From Mobula hypostoma (Eukaryota), in assembly GCF_963921235.1 (NCBI RefSeq), contig NC_086106.1:34658001-34722000 (forward strand): DNA of 64,000 bases, read 5' to 3'. A program made the translations under genes and the position numbers. Of this stretch, positions 1 to 13,270 are shown one piece after another (position 1 is the stretch's first letter; each line of letters opens with the position of its first letter). Under the pieces are notes generated by a model that did no database searches, was not told the origin of the DNA, and was given only the letters and a program-made list of their open reading frames with translations.

Positions 1-119
1 ATGTGCATATAGAAAATATCATTTCTGAGTAATGCATAAGAATAAACTTGGTGGTGGTTTGAATCGCGATGAAGAGCTTCAAAAGCTGCGGCAATAATGA
101 TCAAATACAGTGTTAGATT

Positions 120-770
120 GTGCGGCAGCAGATGGACAAATGCGTGTCGATGCAGCTTGGGAACTGAAGAAGGGGGTATGCCATGAATAGAAAATAGCTC
201 ATTATTAAGGAACATTTATGAACAGAGAGACATTGCGGTTTAAATCCATAATTCCCCGGAAGTGGCAGCACGGGTAGTTGGTGTGTTGACAAAGCAACAC
301 GGCATACTTGCTTTCACAGGTCAGGATTAGCAGATGAAATTTAGGACGCTCTGTTTCAACTTTATTAAAGACTGGTGCACTAGATTTTGCCCTCTAGTCA
401 CCTCGTTGTAAGGTGAATGGCATTGCGCGGTAAAGAGTTCATAAGAGATTTAACTGTATGTTAACTGGATTGGAGAACGTCAGTTATGGGGAGCTTGTTT
501 TTTTTCAGAAGTGAAAGAAACTGAGTCGTGACCCGATAACACCACGCAGAATTATCAGTGACACTGGTAGGCTAAGTAGACAAAAGCATTTGTATGTGTA
601 GACTATGAAATCCAAAGACAGTATGTACTAAAGTTAAGTGGAAGGAGCTTTAGAGGGTACCTTATGTCACTTCATTTGGCAGACATTTAGTCGATCACTG
701 AAATAGGAAAGATTTTTTTTTTCTGTTGCTGAAAATTGGATTGAGGTAGATGTGAAACATCTTTGAACAT
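120..770 (+). mobile_element. Highly decayed CR1 LINE RT/3' remnant
   Basis: Nucleotide resemblance to the 3' half of the better preserved CR1 copies in this window (e.g. 10300-10950); no open frame; boundaries approximate. Confidence 0.45.
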
Positions 771-1389
771 TGGGGTCAGAGAGCCAACTGTATTTCTGTG
801 CAGTATTTTATGACTACAACTTTTTAGAGGGGTAGTACAAGGATACAACTATTCGAATGCCTGCTGCAAGTATCCAGAAACATTGATTTCGGTCTGGACC
901 TGCTCTACTGGAGTTTATACAGTTGTCGTGTGGCTGTGCGCGTTCTATTTTAGGTTCTCCGATTTCCATATCGAAGAACATGCCAGTGCTAGCCACGTCG
1001 ACTACCATAACTTACTCTTAATGTAGAGTACAATCTTCGAAGAGTTGTTGAAGCTACGAAACAATAAAACAGATCAAAGTGGAATTCGCTGAATAGGTGC
1101 TGAAGCGGGCTTGGTTTCTGTCGACCGAAGGGTCTGTTCCAATGCTGTCGGGTCCTATGACTTCAACATTTCAGTCGACGAATTCTTGGGTGGAACGCTA
1201 TCGGTGCACCACTTGTCAGAAAACCTATCTTCCCTTGAATAAGATAATGCATTATGACTCTAGCAGAGGGCAACCCGTTCACCATCATGCCTGTTTTCCT
1301 CTGAATACTGCTGCCTGGCATCCAGCAGTTTCTGTTCCTCTTTCTGCATCTACACTGCTTTGCATTTCGATTGCTGCTATTGCACCCAT

Positions 1390-1692
1390 CTTTTGCGTTT
1401 CGTGTCCTTTTTGATAGGGGAGCAGCTGACTGATTGTCCTGCACCGAGCAGGAGTATTCTACCCCGCTGTCCCACTCCGCCACGCTGCTGGTCAAACGGC
1501 CGACTGTCACGTACTGACTCCCGATCTTTGCTGCTTATTCTGTTTGAACGCCAACAGCCCTTTCCTTCCCACCCACTGTCGAAGAGATGGAAACCTCAGC
1601 TGGAGTTGTAGCGATCACTTCACACACCAGTGTGGCAGTTTTGTTTATCCAGATTTCTTCAACGGTGGGATCTCTGAGAAACAATGAGAATT
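1390..1692 (-). pseudogene. IgNAR: IgNAR constant domain C2 exon, disabled
   Basis: AG acceptor at 1694-1693; phase 1-1 exon of 303 nt reading EFSLFLRDPTVEEIWINKTATLVCEV...GRLTSSVAEWDSGVEYSCSV...KRTRNAK, matching the IgNAR C2 pattern (LLRDPTVEEIW..K.ATL.CEV). In-frame TAA at 1537-1535, core Trp is TCG (Ser), donor at 1389-1388 reads AT. Confidence 0.9.
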
Positions 1693-2730
1693 CTGAAAGA
1701 CGTACAGTAACTGAAAGCACTCATGACGAATCTGAAGTTTAGCAGGGATTTCAACTTTGTAATAACCTGCTACACGTTAAGAGCTTAAGGTGGAAATTGT
1801 TCATTTTAAATCATGCTTAAGTCGTCTTTTCATGAACCCTTGAGTTAGATCACGACTACACGCTATTCTTCTATACTGAAAAGAAAGGAAAATGGTTGAA
1901 AATTAATAACATATCGTCATTCATAGACAAGTGTGGCGAAGGATAGGGGGAGAGATACAGCCAGACATCCCCGGAAAGTACGACAGTGATAAAACACTGG
2001 CATGGGGAAGGGGCAGTGGCTTGTGGCAAAACAGTGAATGGGATGCAGCGAGACAGAGAGATTGACTGAGGGAGGACAGAACACAGGAAGCTAGAAGATG
2101 GAAGTGAATGTTAGATGGGAAGAAGTGCTAAATAAATATGCAGTGTTCGATCTAATTATGCAAGAATGAAGGACCAGTTTACCACAAGGTTTAACTGTCT
2201 GATAAGTCGAGTGGCTGCCTCGACTGCTTTCTCCCTTTCATTTTGTTTCTTTTCCAAAACTTTCATCATTGCATGTTGATACCAGCTACAGATATAACAC
2301 ACCAGTGAAAATTAATGGGCTGTTAAAATTGAAAGTTCAAGATGATCACGGAAGATTTTTTTTTACGGCTCCTTTCCTGTGCTTATCTTTTAAGATGTCC
2401 GGATTCCTTAGAATCATTTCAGATATACAAATTATATTCGATGCATTAACATGATCGGAAATCAATATTCACTGAAGCGCCATGACGTCTTCTGACTGCA
2501 CTTCGCAATATTTCTTGTAATTCTTACCTCTGATATTTAATGTTTGCTGCCTAAACATTCCGACTCACATTCCTATCTGTCCCTTACCCGAATTGGAACT
2601 GGCACGCATCTTAATATTTAGTAGCATGGTTATTTTAAAATCTTGTCTGTAGATGATTGCAGCCCACCAAATGTAATAGTGAGTACGAAAGTGGAAATAC
2701 TGCAGGTATGGATTGGAAACTGCTTCTTAC

Positions 2731-3051
2731 CTGACTCAGCTCGTATTTCTTTGCGGATGTTGCTGCTGGTTGCAGAGTGGGATACTTGGCACGAGTACAC
2801 AGCACCACTGGCCCATTCGTTCACAGGCACTTTGAGCACACTTGCTGAGGTAAACGTTTCGCTTGAACTTTCAGTGGAAGAAGTGGTGGTAAAGCCGGAA
2901 TGTACGGTTTGTCCGTTTTTCTGCCAGGTCACTGCGATGTTTTCAGGTAGGTATTCGCGCATGAGACAAATCAATTCCACAAAACCCTGTGCTTTTTGTT
3001 CGGCAGTTGCAGAATAGACAAGAGTGATGTTTGGCGGGGTCGGTTGTTTTG
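2731..3051 (-). CDS. IgNAR: IgNAR constant domain C1 exon (intact)
   Basis: Pyrimidine tract plus AG at 3053-3052, GTAAG donor from 2730, 321 nt phase 1-1; KQPTPPNITLVYSAT...VELICL...VTWQKNG...SVLKVPVNEWASGAVYSCQVSHSATSSNIRKEIR with both Cys and the core Trp. Confidence 0.95.
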
Positions 3052-3377
3052 CTAAAATTAAGAAAAACAGAAGTCTTTGAAATGATTGGATCAATTTTAC
3101 GTTGTTCTTCTGACAGCTTGTAAGGCATAAGACAACTACAATATTCCTTGCATCATAAGAATCTCTACATGTCAAGAGCTACGTTAGCGCTTCCACGACC
3201 TTTCGGCTGAAGGGATGACTGAAGCTGAGATATTTCCTTCAGTATAATGGTATCACAGCTTATGGTGATTTGTTTTTATACCTTGAATGGTACTTTGAAA
3301 CTTTGCCTGATTAATCTTCGTCGTATCAAAGCTGTCGTTGGCCGTACGAATTTATTAGAGGAGACAGATTGAAAATC

Positions 3378-3960
3378 TAGCTGTCAGAATAACATCTCTC
3401 ACTCAATGTCAGCAAGACCAAGGAGTTGATTATTGACTACAGGAGGTGAAAACCGCGGGTCCATCTGCAGGTCCTCATCTAGGGGTCAGAGGTCGGGAGA
3501 GTTAGCAACTTCAGATTCCTCTGCGTTATCATTTCAGAGGATCTATCCAGAGTCCAGCTGGTAAGTGCCCTTAGAAAGAAAGCACTACTCTCTTAAAAGT
3601 TTGAAAAGATCCGGCATGTCATCGAAAACTTTGACAAGCATACGTCGATGTGCGGTGGAGAGTATACTGACTGATTGCATTACGGTCTGGTATGGAAATA
3701 TCAATGCCCTTGAACGGATAGCCTACAAAAAAATGGTCGTGGATACAGCACAGTTCATGACGAATACAACCTTCCCCGCTATTAAGCGCATCTATACGCA
3801 GCGCTGTCGCAGGAATGTGCATTTATCTTCAAGGACCCTCAGGTTCCAGGCCACGCTCTCTTCTCGCGGCCGCCATCAGGAAGGAGGTACAGAAGCCTAG
3901 GTACCCAAACTAATTGGTTCGGAAACAAATGTTACCCTTTCAAAATCAGGTCCTTTATCC
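3378..3960 (+). mobile_element. Rex1/Babar-like LINE 3' fragment
   Basis: ORF 3565-3900 (YSLKSLKRSGMS...CAVESILTDCITVWYG) resembles the C-terminus of the Rex-like copy at 62245-62670. Confidence 0.65.
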
Positions 3961-4609
3961 AGAAGGACTACCTTCACTCAACTTCATTCCCCCTGACATT
4001 GAACTTTTCTGACAATCTATGTGCTCAATTAAAAAAAAATTCATCTCATGTTGACGATATTTATTGTTTATTTATATTATTTTTTCCTGTTTGTTTTGCA
4101 CAGTTTGTATTTTGCCCTTTCGTTGTCCGTCTTAATGTGTGCGGGTTTTCATTGACTCTATTGTGTTTTGTGGTATCTACTGTGAATGCCCGCAAGAAAA
4201 TTAATTTCAGGTTTGTGTCAGTTGACGTATATGTACTTTTAAATTTGACGATGATGATATGTATTAGTCGCAGAAAAAACATTAGTAAGGTAGGCTTGCT
4301 AAATGGTAATCGTATCTGAAACGTCATCAGTCTGTCCATAATACAAAATATAGTATTTTACAGACTCCACAATTTTCGACTAGGTTCACCTGAACGGGAC
4401 AAAAGTTATTTTTCAACTTCAGCAAGTTTCCATTTTTCTCAAACTGCAAGTTGCTGTTGATGATTGTTGAAGAGCACTGAGTGGGGGAATCAACAATGGC
4501 AGGTTGACAGTGTATCGACTGAGATAGAACTGGCAATAGATAACATTGATCATCATGCCACTTTAATTCTCCGAGTCCACCCTGCCAATTAAGGATCTAT
4601 TTTTACACT

Positions 4610-5810
4610 ACGAGAGACAATTTGCAGTGCCCGGTTCGATGATTGATTGATGTAGTTCATTTGGATTTTCAGAAGGCCTGTGATGAGGCTGCTAAACATG
4701 CTACGAGCCCATGGAATTACAGGAAGATTCTAGCATGGATAAAGCAGTGGCTGCTTGGCAGGAAACAAAGCAAGCCTTTTCTGTCTGGCTGAAGGTGACC
4801 AGTGGTGTTCCACAGCGATCTGTGTTGGGATCGATTATTTTTACGTTATATGTCAATGATTTGAATGATGTAATTGATAATTTTATTGAAACGTTTGCAG
4901 ATGATACGAAGATAGGTGGAGGGACAGCTAGTTTTGAGGAAATAGAGGGGCCCTAGACAGATTAGGAGAATCGGCAGGCAAAGAAATGGCAGTTGAAATA
5001 CATTGTCAAGAAGTGCATGGTCATACATCTTGGAGGAAGATTTGAAAGAGTTCACTACTTTCTAAATGAGGAGAAAATGCAAAAAAACTGTGCCGCAAAG
5101 TGACTTGACAGTCCCTGTGCAGGATTCCCTAAAGGGCAATTTGCAGGTTGAATCTATGGTGAGGAAGGAAATGCGATGTTAGCATCCATTTCAAGATGAC
5201 TAGCATATAAAAGCAAGGAGGGAATGCTGAAGCTTTATAAAACACTGGTGAGGCCTCGGATGGAGTATTGTGAGCAGTTTTGGGCAGTTTTATCTTCCAA
5301 AGGAAGCGGTGAAACTGGAGAAGGTTCATAGGAGGTTCATTAAAATGTTTCCAGGATTGATTGGCTTGTCATATGAAGAGTGTTTAATGGCTCTGGGTCT
5401 GTATTCGCTGGAATTCAGAAGAATAAGGCGTGACCTCATTGAAACCTATCGAATGGTGAACGGCCTTGATAGAGTCGATCTGGGGAGCATGTTTCCTATA
5501 GTGGAGAGTCTAAGACGAGAGAAAACAACCTCAGAATAGACAGGCACCCTTTTAGAACGGATATGACGGGGAATTTCTTTAGCCAAAGAGTGGTGAACTG
5601 TGGAATTCTTTGCCATATTAAGCTGTGGAGACCAGGTCTTTATGTATATTTAAAGCTGAGGTTGGTAGTTTCTTGATTGGTCAGGACACGAAGAGGTACG
5701 GGGAGAAGACACGAGATTGGGTAGGAGAGGAAAATTGGATCAGTCATGATGAAATGGCAGAGCCGACTCGATGGGCCAAATGGCCTAATTCTGTTCCTAT
5801 CTGTTATGGA
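4610..5810 (+). mobile_element. CR1 LINE, 5'-truncated and frameshifted RT
   Basis: VTSGVPQRSVLGSIIFTLYVNDL...FADDTK and LEKVHRRFIKMFPGL...LGLYSLEFRR motifs. Confidence 0.85.
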
Positions 5811-6089
5811 ATGAAGCTGAAGCTGAAGCTGAAATGAGCCGTTTGCGTCAAATCCATTTAGTCAGGAAGGTGCTGGTCAGGCTACAACTGTCGATACGTT
5901 TCCAGCGCATGCCCACATTAACTAAACCTATGCAGACATCTTTGGAATATGGCTGACATTGTAATAGGACAATGCTAACTGCTCACTAGAATCACAGGGA
6001 TTGGTGTTTGGGTCCCGAATATTTATAATTGGTCTCAGAGGATTGGACTGAGCCAACATGGATATTAAGAATGAGTTATGGAGATGTGC

Positions 6090-6300
6090 AAGACACACAG
6101 AAGCTTAGCGTTAGCGCAACACTGTCACAGCTCGAAGTGTCAGTGTACAAAGTTCAATTCTGACGCCGTCTCTAAGAAGCTTGCTTGTTCTCCCCATGAC
6201 CGTGTGGGTTTCCCAGGTACTGTCATTTATTTTTAATGTCTAAAGTCAGAACAGTTAGTAAATCGTCCTATGATTCGGCTAGGGTTACATAAGTGAGTTG
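6090..6300 (+). mobile_element. Decayed tRNA-derived SINE (V-SINE/HE1-like)
   Basis: B-box-like GTTCAATTC followed by TTCTCCCCATGACCGTGTGGGTTTCC, the V-SINE central-domain pattern. Confidence 0.4.
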
Positions 6301-7514
6301 CAATAATTCTACGTTAATCCATTTTAGTTTATTCGCCCCCACAACCACATCAATTCCATGAAATTCTATCATTGTTCTAAGCACTGTGGACAATATTCAT
6401 TTGCCAGTGAGCTAACCAACTGAACTTCTTTCGGATGTGGGAGGAAAATTGAGTATAAATATGAGATTCCCCCTTTAGGACAGAGATTAGGTAGAGATTT
6501 ATTTTCTTTCACAGGGTATTGCAAATGTTGAAATTATTCAAATGCAGAATGCGAAAATTGGCATACTTTTTTTAAAAGCAGAGATCGTTGCGGACGCACA
6601 AAGCAAACGGTCATCACATATTACAGAAGGAGAGGGGATATAGAGCTTATAATAAAACTGACGACCATGAAGTGAAAGAGTAGTCCAATACATTTTATTG
6701 GACTGGAGAACAGGCGCTGGCATCACACAGCTTCCCTTCGATTGCAAGTAGCGTAAGAAAATAGAAAGGGTGTTGATGGTGTTTCTAAGTATTTAATGAA
6801 TTAACCCTCTGGTACTCTTCTCACATGTCGATTCCTTGTCAATTTCTCAGTTAAGTGCATGGAATGGGCTGTGCTTGACGTCTGAGAAATTCCTTTCCCA
6901 AAAGGATCAAGACGCAAGGAGAGGTCTACATTAATTTGGAAAAAAGAATAGCCGGGCAGATGGAGTAATACACCACAGCGCTATATACGAACAAAGACTA
7001 TGTTGTTTACTTGTCTATTTAACAAAAAAAAAGCACACGTGGAATTGGACTGGGTTCCCACAAAACTCCATAAACAACAAGATTCAGAGGACTTTTAAAC
7101 ACGACTAAGGTTGGACAAAGGAGCTTTCCAGCATGTTTCAAACTAAGAAATAAGAAGCAAACAAATTGCAATAAGGTCACGTGAATTGGACGAATGATGG
7201 ATATTTTCGCAAATTGCTTCGCTGTCATTTGTGGGTCCCATAATAGTGTCAGAGGTTTTCTTTCATCTGAGTTTCCATTGGGAAGGAACTACTTGTAAAC
7301 GCTATCATTCAATTGACTGATGAAAATTAAAACCCGTATCGCAGCAATGCTTCCATTGCAACCTATATTTTAGCATACTGCTTCAATGACGACAGTTTTA
7401 TATTTTGCACCACAAAACAGTCTGATTAACACTGTAAACCTTTATAATTGGTGTCTTGAGCGACACTTTACATCGGGAATGTCATTCATTAAAATCTGGA
7501 CTGTGACATTTAAT

Positions 7515-10500
7515 TAAATATAGCGCCGTGGCAATTGACTAAAGCATTCAGCGAGATGGTACAGACTTAATATTATGGTTTGTTGACTCCCGGGTGCCAG
7601 GCTCCGGGATGTCTCTGACCGGGTGCTCGAGATCCTGGTACAAGAGTGAAAGCAACCAGAAGTCGTGATACATGTTGGTACCAACGACATAGTCAGGAAG
7701 AGGGATGAGGTCCTGAAGTGTGAGTTTCGGGAACTAGGCCGAAGGCTGAAGAATAGGACCTCAAGGGTGGCGTTCTCAGGATTGCTGCCAGTGCTACATG
7801 ACAGTGATGGTAAGAATTGGAGGAGATGGCAATTGAATGCGTGGCTGAGGAGTTGGTGCAGGGAGCAGGGTTTTAGATTTTGCAATCATAGGGATCTCTT
7901 CTGGGGAATGTGGGACCTGTACAGATTGGATGGATTGCACCTGAACTCGAAGGGGAGGAATATCCTTGCAGGTAGGTTTGTGGGCATGGTTCTGGCGGGT
8001 TTAAACTAATTTTGCAAGGGGGATTGGATGCTGAGCGATAGAGCAGTGAAAGAAGTGCATGGAGTAAAGCCAGATCTAACATATAGAGAGGCTTTGAGGA
8101 AAGAGAAGCAGAATAAAGGGTGCAAAGGTAGCAATGTAGAAGGGCTGAAGTGTGTGTACCTCAATGCAAGGAGCATCAGGAACAAAGGCGCTGAACTGAG
8201 AGCTTGGATACATAAATAGAATTATGATGTAATGGCCATTACAAAATCTTGGCTGACACCAGGGCAGGAATGGATTCTCAATATTCCTGGATTTCAGTGT
8301 TTTAGAAGGGATAGAGAGGGGGAAAAGGGGGAGGAGGGGTGGCATTACTGGTCAGGGATACGATTACAGCTACAGAAAGGGTGGGTAATGTAGCAGGATC
8401 CGCTTTTGAGTCAGTATGGGTGGAAGTCAGGAAAAGGAAGGGAGCAGTTACTCTGTTGGGGGTATTCTATAGGCCCCCTGGTAGCAGCAGAGATACAGAG
8501 GAGCAGATTGGGAGGCAGATTTTGGGAAGGTACAAATATAACAGGGTTGTTATCATGAGTGACTTTAACTTCCCTAATATTGATTGGCACCTGATTAGTT
8601 ACAAGGGTTTAGATGGGGCACAGTTTGTTAAGTGTGTCCAGGACGGATTCCTGTCACAGTATGTGGACAGACCGACTAGGAAGAATGCCATACTAGATCT
8701 AGTACTCGGAAATGAACCGGGTCAGGTCACAGATCAATCAGTGGGTGAGCATCTGGGGGACAGTGACCACCACTCCCTGGCCTTTAGCATTATCATGCAA
8801 AAGAATAGAATCAGAGAAGACGGGATTTTTTTAATCAGGGAAGGGCAAATTATGAGGATCTAAGGCTAGAACTTGCGGGTGTGAATTGGGATGATGTTTT
8901 TGCAGGGAAATGCACTATAGACATGTGGTCGATGTTTAGAGATTTCTTGCAGGAGGTTAGGGATAAATTTGTCCTGGTGAGGAAGATATGGGATGATAGG
9001 TGAAGGAACCATGGGTGACAAGTGAGGTGGAAAATCTAGTCAGGTGGAAGAAGGCAGCATACATGAGGTTTAGGAAGCAAGGATCAGATGGGTCTATTGA
9101 CAAGTGTAGGGAAGCAAGAAAGGAGCTTAGGAAGGGGCTGAAAAGAGCAAGAAGGGGGCATGAGAATGCCTTGTAGAGTAGTGTAAAGGAAAACCCCAAG
9201 GCATTCTTCAATTATGTGAAGAACAAAAGGATGACAGGAGGGAAGGTAGGACCGATTAGAGATAAAAGTGGGAAGATGTGCCTGGAGGCTGTGGAAGTGA
9301 GAGAGGTCCTCAATGGATACTTCTCTTCTGTATTCACCAAGGAGACGGAACTTGATGGTGAGGACAATATGAGTGAGGTTGATGTTCTAGAGCATGTTGA
9401 TATTAAGGGAGAGGAGGTTTTGAAGTTGCTAAAATACATTAGGACGGATAAGCTCTGGGGCCTGACGGAATATTCCTCAGGCTGCTCCATGAGGCGAGGG
9501 AAGAGATTGCTAAGCCTCTGGCTAGGTTCTTTATGTCCTCGTTGTTCACGTGAATGGTATCGGAGGACTGCAGGGAGGCGAATGTTGTCCCCTTGTTCAA
9601 ATAAGTTAGTAGGAATACTCTGGGTAATTACAGACCAGTGAGCCTTACGTCTGTGGTGGGAAAGCTGTTGGAAAAGATTCTTAGAGATAGGATCTATGGG
9701 CATTTAGAGAATCATGATCTGATCAGGAACAGTCAGCATGGTTTTGTGAAGGGCAGATCGTGTCTAACCAGTCTGATAGAGTTCTTTGAGGAGATGACCA
9801 GGAATATAGATGAGGGTAGTGCAGTTAATGTGATCTATATGGATTTTAGTAAGGCATTTGACGAAGTTCCACACGGTAGGCTTATGCAGAAAGTTAGAAG
9901 GCATGGGATCCAGGGAAGTTTGCACAGGTGAATTCAAAATTGGCTTCCCTGAAGAAGGCAGAAGGTCGTGCTGGAGGGAGTACATTCAGATTGGGGGATT
10001 GTGACTGGTGTTGCCCCACAAGGATCTGTTCTTTGACCTCTACCTTTCGTGATTTTTTTATTAACAACCTTGATGTTCTGGTGGAAGGGTGGGTTGGCAA
10101 GTTTGCAGACTACACAAAAGTTGGTGGTGTTATAGATAGCGTAGAGGATTGTCAAAGATTGCAGACAGACATTGATAGGATGAAGAAGTGGGCTGAGAAG
10201 TGGCAGATGGAGTTCAACCAGAAGTCTGAGGAAGATCACTCTGGAAGATCACTTTGGAAGATCACTCTCCAAGGCAGAGTACAAAGTAAATGGCAGGATA
10301 CTTGGTAGTGTGGAGGAGCAGAGGGATCTGGAAGTACATGTCCACAGAGCCCTGAAAGTTGCCTCACGGGTAGATAGAGTGGTTAAGAAAGCTTATGGGG
10401 TGTTAGCTTTCATAAGTCGAGGGATAGAATTTAAGAGTCTCGATGTAAGGATGCAGCTCTATAAAACTTTGGTTAGGCCACACTTCAAGTGCTGTGTCCA

Positions 10501-11014
10501 GTTCTGGTCGCCTCACTATAGGAAGGATGTGGAAGCATTGGAAATGGTACAAAGGAGATTTACCAGGATGCTGCCTGGTTTAGAGAGGATGGATTATAAT
10601 CAGAGATTAAGGGAGCTGGGGCTTTACTCTTTGGAGAGAAGGAGGATGAGAGGAGACATGATAGAGTTGTACAAGATAACAAGAGGAAGAGATAGAGTGG
10701 ATAGCCAGTGCCTCTTCCCCAGGGCACCACTGCTTAATACAAGAGAATATAGCTTTAAGGTAAGGGGAGGGAAGTTCAAGGGGAATATTAGAGGAAGGTT
10801 TTTTACTCAGCGAGTGGCTGATGCGTGGAATGCACTGCCTGAGTCAGTGGTGGAGGCAGATACACTAGCGAAGTTTAAGAGACTACTAGACAGGTAAATG
10901 GAGGAATTTAAGATGGGGGGTTATATGGGAGGCAGGATTTGAGAATCGGTACAACATTGTGGGCTGAAGTGCCTGTAATGTGCTGTACTATTCTATGTCT
11001 ATGTCTATGTCTAT
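7515..11014 (+). mobile_element. CR1 LINE, near full length but frameshifted (ORF1 SGNH esterase, ORF2 APE-RT)
   Basis: HVGTND...WLRSWCREQGFRF...DGLHLN (esterase); YLNARSIRNK, VFYRPP, SDFNFP, SDHH (APE); QHGFVKGRSCLT, YMDFSKAFD, FADYTK (RT); (CTATGT)n tail near 10990-11014. Confidence 0.93.
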
Positions 11015-11788
11015 TGTGCCCCGCTTTCAAAGACGATACTGATTATGTTGACATTCATTCAGTATCTTTTCCGGCCTTACGCACAGAACTCTAGCCTACC
11101 TCTGCCCTCCCTCAGCACTCTGACCACTGACACTAAAATATAACCAACGTCATACAAGTCCAACGATTCTGAACAACATAAAATGTGTTTGAACCTGGTC
11201 TTCCAAGCTCTCACCGAAGGTATGGATTTCTTAGAGAATGATATGTGTTTCTAAATAGAAGACATTTTTTCTTCTATTCTAGCTGAAGACAAGTTGTTTT
11301 CCGAATGAGCATCTGTTTCAACAACTCCCTCGAAGTATCAAGTTATTAAGCTATCGATCTCTTTCTGAACTGAAATCTATTTCATCTTCAAAGTTCTTTT
11401 CTGCATGGGTCTGCGATCATTGGGGTGTAAATCCACACTCAAATACGCCAAGATATGAAGACATGGCACTTACATCAATACAGCAGGTAATACTTTAAAG
11501 TAACCGTCGGACGTGGGTGGGGCGTAGCAGGTCGAGGGTAATTTGTGCGCTTCAATTTGTAAAAATACTCCAATTTTCGTTTTATTTTAAACGAGTGAAA
11601 GTATTATCTTAGGAGGAGAAAGGCGTATACTTAAATTCTCCTGGGGTGTCTCAGTGAAATGCTTATACTTCAAGAATACATGATCATATTGCCCTTTTCG
11701 GTTTGTATCATTTAAACGAGAATATAATTATACTTCACAACGGGGAAAAGTACGTGCTTGCTAAAAACGTAATAAAAGATATCACTTA

Positions 11789-13270
11789 ACATACATCAAA
11801 GTTGCTGGTGAACGCAGCAGGCCAAGCAGCATCTATAGGAAGAGGTCCAGTCGACGTTTCAGGCCGAGACCCTTCGTCAGGACTAACTGAAGGAAGAGTG
11901 AGTAAGGGATTTGAAAGTTGGATGGGGAGGGGGAGATCGAAAATGATAGGAGAAGACAGGAGGGGGAGGGATAGAGCCGAGAGCTGGACAGGTGATAGGC
12001 AAAAGGGGATACGAGAGGATCATGGGACAGGAGGTCCGGGAAGAAAGACAAGGGGGGGGGGTGACCCAGAGGATGGGCAAGAGGTATATTCAGAGGGACA
12101 GAGGGAGAAAAAGGAGAGTGAGAGAAAGAATGTGTGCATAAAAATGAGTAACAGATGGGGTACGAGGGGGAGGTGGGGCCTAGCGGAAGTTAGAGAAGTC
12201 AATGTTCATGCCATCAGGTTGGAGGCTACCCAGACGGAATATAAGGTGTTGTTCCTCCAACCTGAGTGTGGCTTCATCTTTACAGTAGAGGAGGCCGTGG
12301 ATAGACATGTCAGAATGGGAATGGGATGTGGAATTAAAATGTGTGGCCACTGGGAGATCCTGCTTTCTCTGGCGGACAGAGCGTAGATGTTCAGCAAAGC
12401 GATCTCCCAGTCTGCGTCGGGTCTCACCAATATATAAAAGCCCACATCGGGAGCACCGGACGCAGTATATCACCCCAGTCGACTCACAGGTGAAGTGATG
12501 CCTCACCTGGAAGGACTGTTTGGAGCCCTGAATGCTGGTAAGGGAGGAAGTGTAAGGGCATGTGTAGCAATTGTTCCGCTTACACGGATAAGTGCCAGGA
12601 GGGAGATCAGTGAGGAGGGATGGGGGGGGGGACGAATGGACAAGGGAGTTGTGTAGGGAGCGATCCCTGCGGAATGCAGATAGAGAGGGGGAGGGAAAGA
12701 TGTGCTTAGTGGTGGGATCCCGTTGGAGGTGGCGGAAGTTACGGAGAATAATATGTTGGACCCGGAGGCTGGTGGGGTGGTAGGTGAGGACCAGGGGAAC
12801 CCTATTCCTAGTGGGGTGGTGGGAGGATGGAGTGAGAGCAGATGTACGTGAAATGGGGGAGATACGTTTAAGAGCAGAGTTGATAGTGGAGGAAGGGAAG
12901 CCCCTTTCTTTAAAAAAGGAAGACATCTCCCTCGTCCTAGAATGAAAAGCCTCATCCTGAGAGCAGATGCGGCGGAGACGGAGGAATTGCGAGAAGGGGA
13001 TGGCGTTTTTGCAAGAGACAGGGTGAGAAGAGGAATAGTCCAGATAGCTGTGAGAGTCAGTAGGCTTATAGTAGACATCAGTGGATAAGCTGTCTCCAGA
13101 GACAGAGACAGAAAGATCTAGAAAGGGGAGGGAGGTGTCGGAAATGGACCAGGTAAACTTGAGGGCAGGGTGAAAGTTGGAGGCAAAGTTAATAAAGTCA
13201 ACGAGTTCTGCGTGCGTGCAGGAAGCAGCGCCAATGCAGTCGTCGATGTAGCGAAGGAAAAGTGGGGGAC
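11789..13270 (-). mobile_element. Penelope-like element (RT C-terminus, GIY-YIG endonuclease, pLTR), 5'-truncated, young
   Basis: One uninterrupted frame from about 13270 to 12180 containing LRYIDD and VIYCVRCSRCGLLYIGETRRRLGDRFAEH; flanked by AGATATCACTTA at 11777-11788 and 13271-13282. Confidence 0.92.
11849..11884 (-). ncRNA. Minimal type I hammerhead ribozyme motif in the Penelope pLTR
   Basis: AGUC-CUGACGA-AGGGUCUCGGCCU-GAAAC-GUC-GACU: catalytic core, stem I AGUC/GACU, loopless palindromic stem III ACGU. Confidence 0.7.

Noticed and set aside
1-1389. IgNAR C3 or TM exon
   Set aside because: No Ig-domain or transmembrane-like translation found; may lie beyond the window edge
1163-1510. 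Cys-rich tail of the 115-aa ORF as a novel secretory tail
   Set aside because: It is read-through of intron after the mutated donor and lies downstream of the in-frame TAA at 1537-1535
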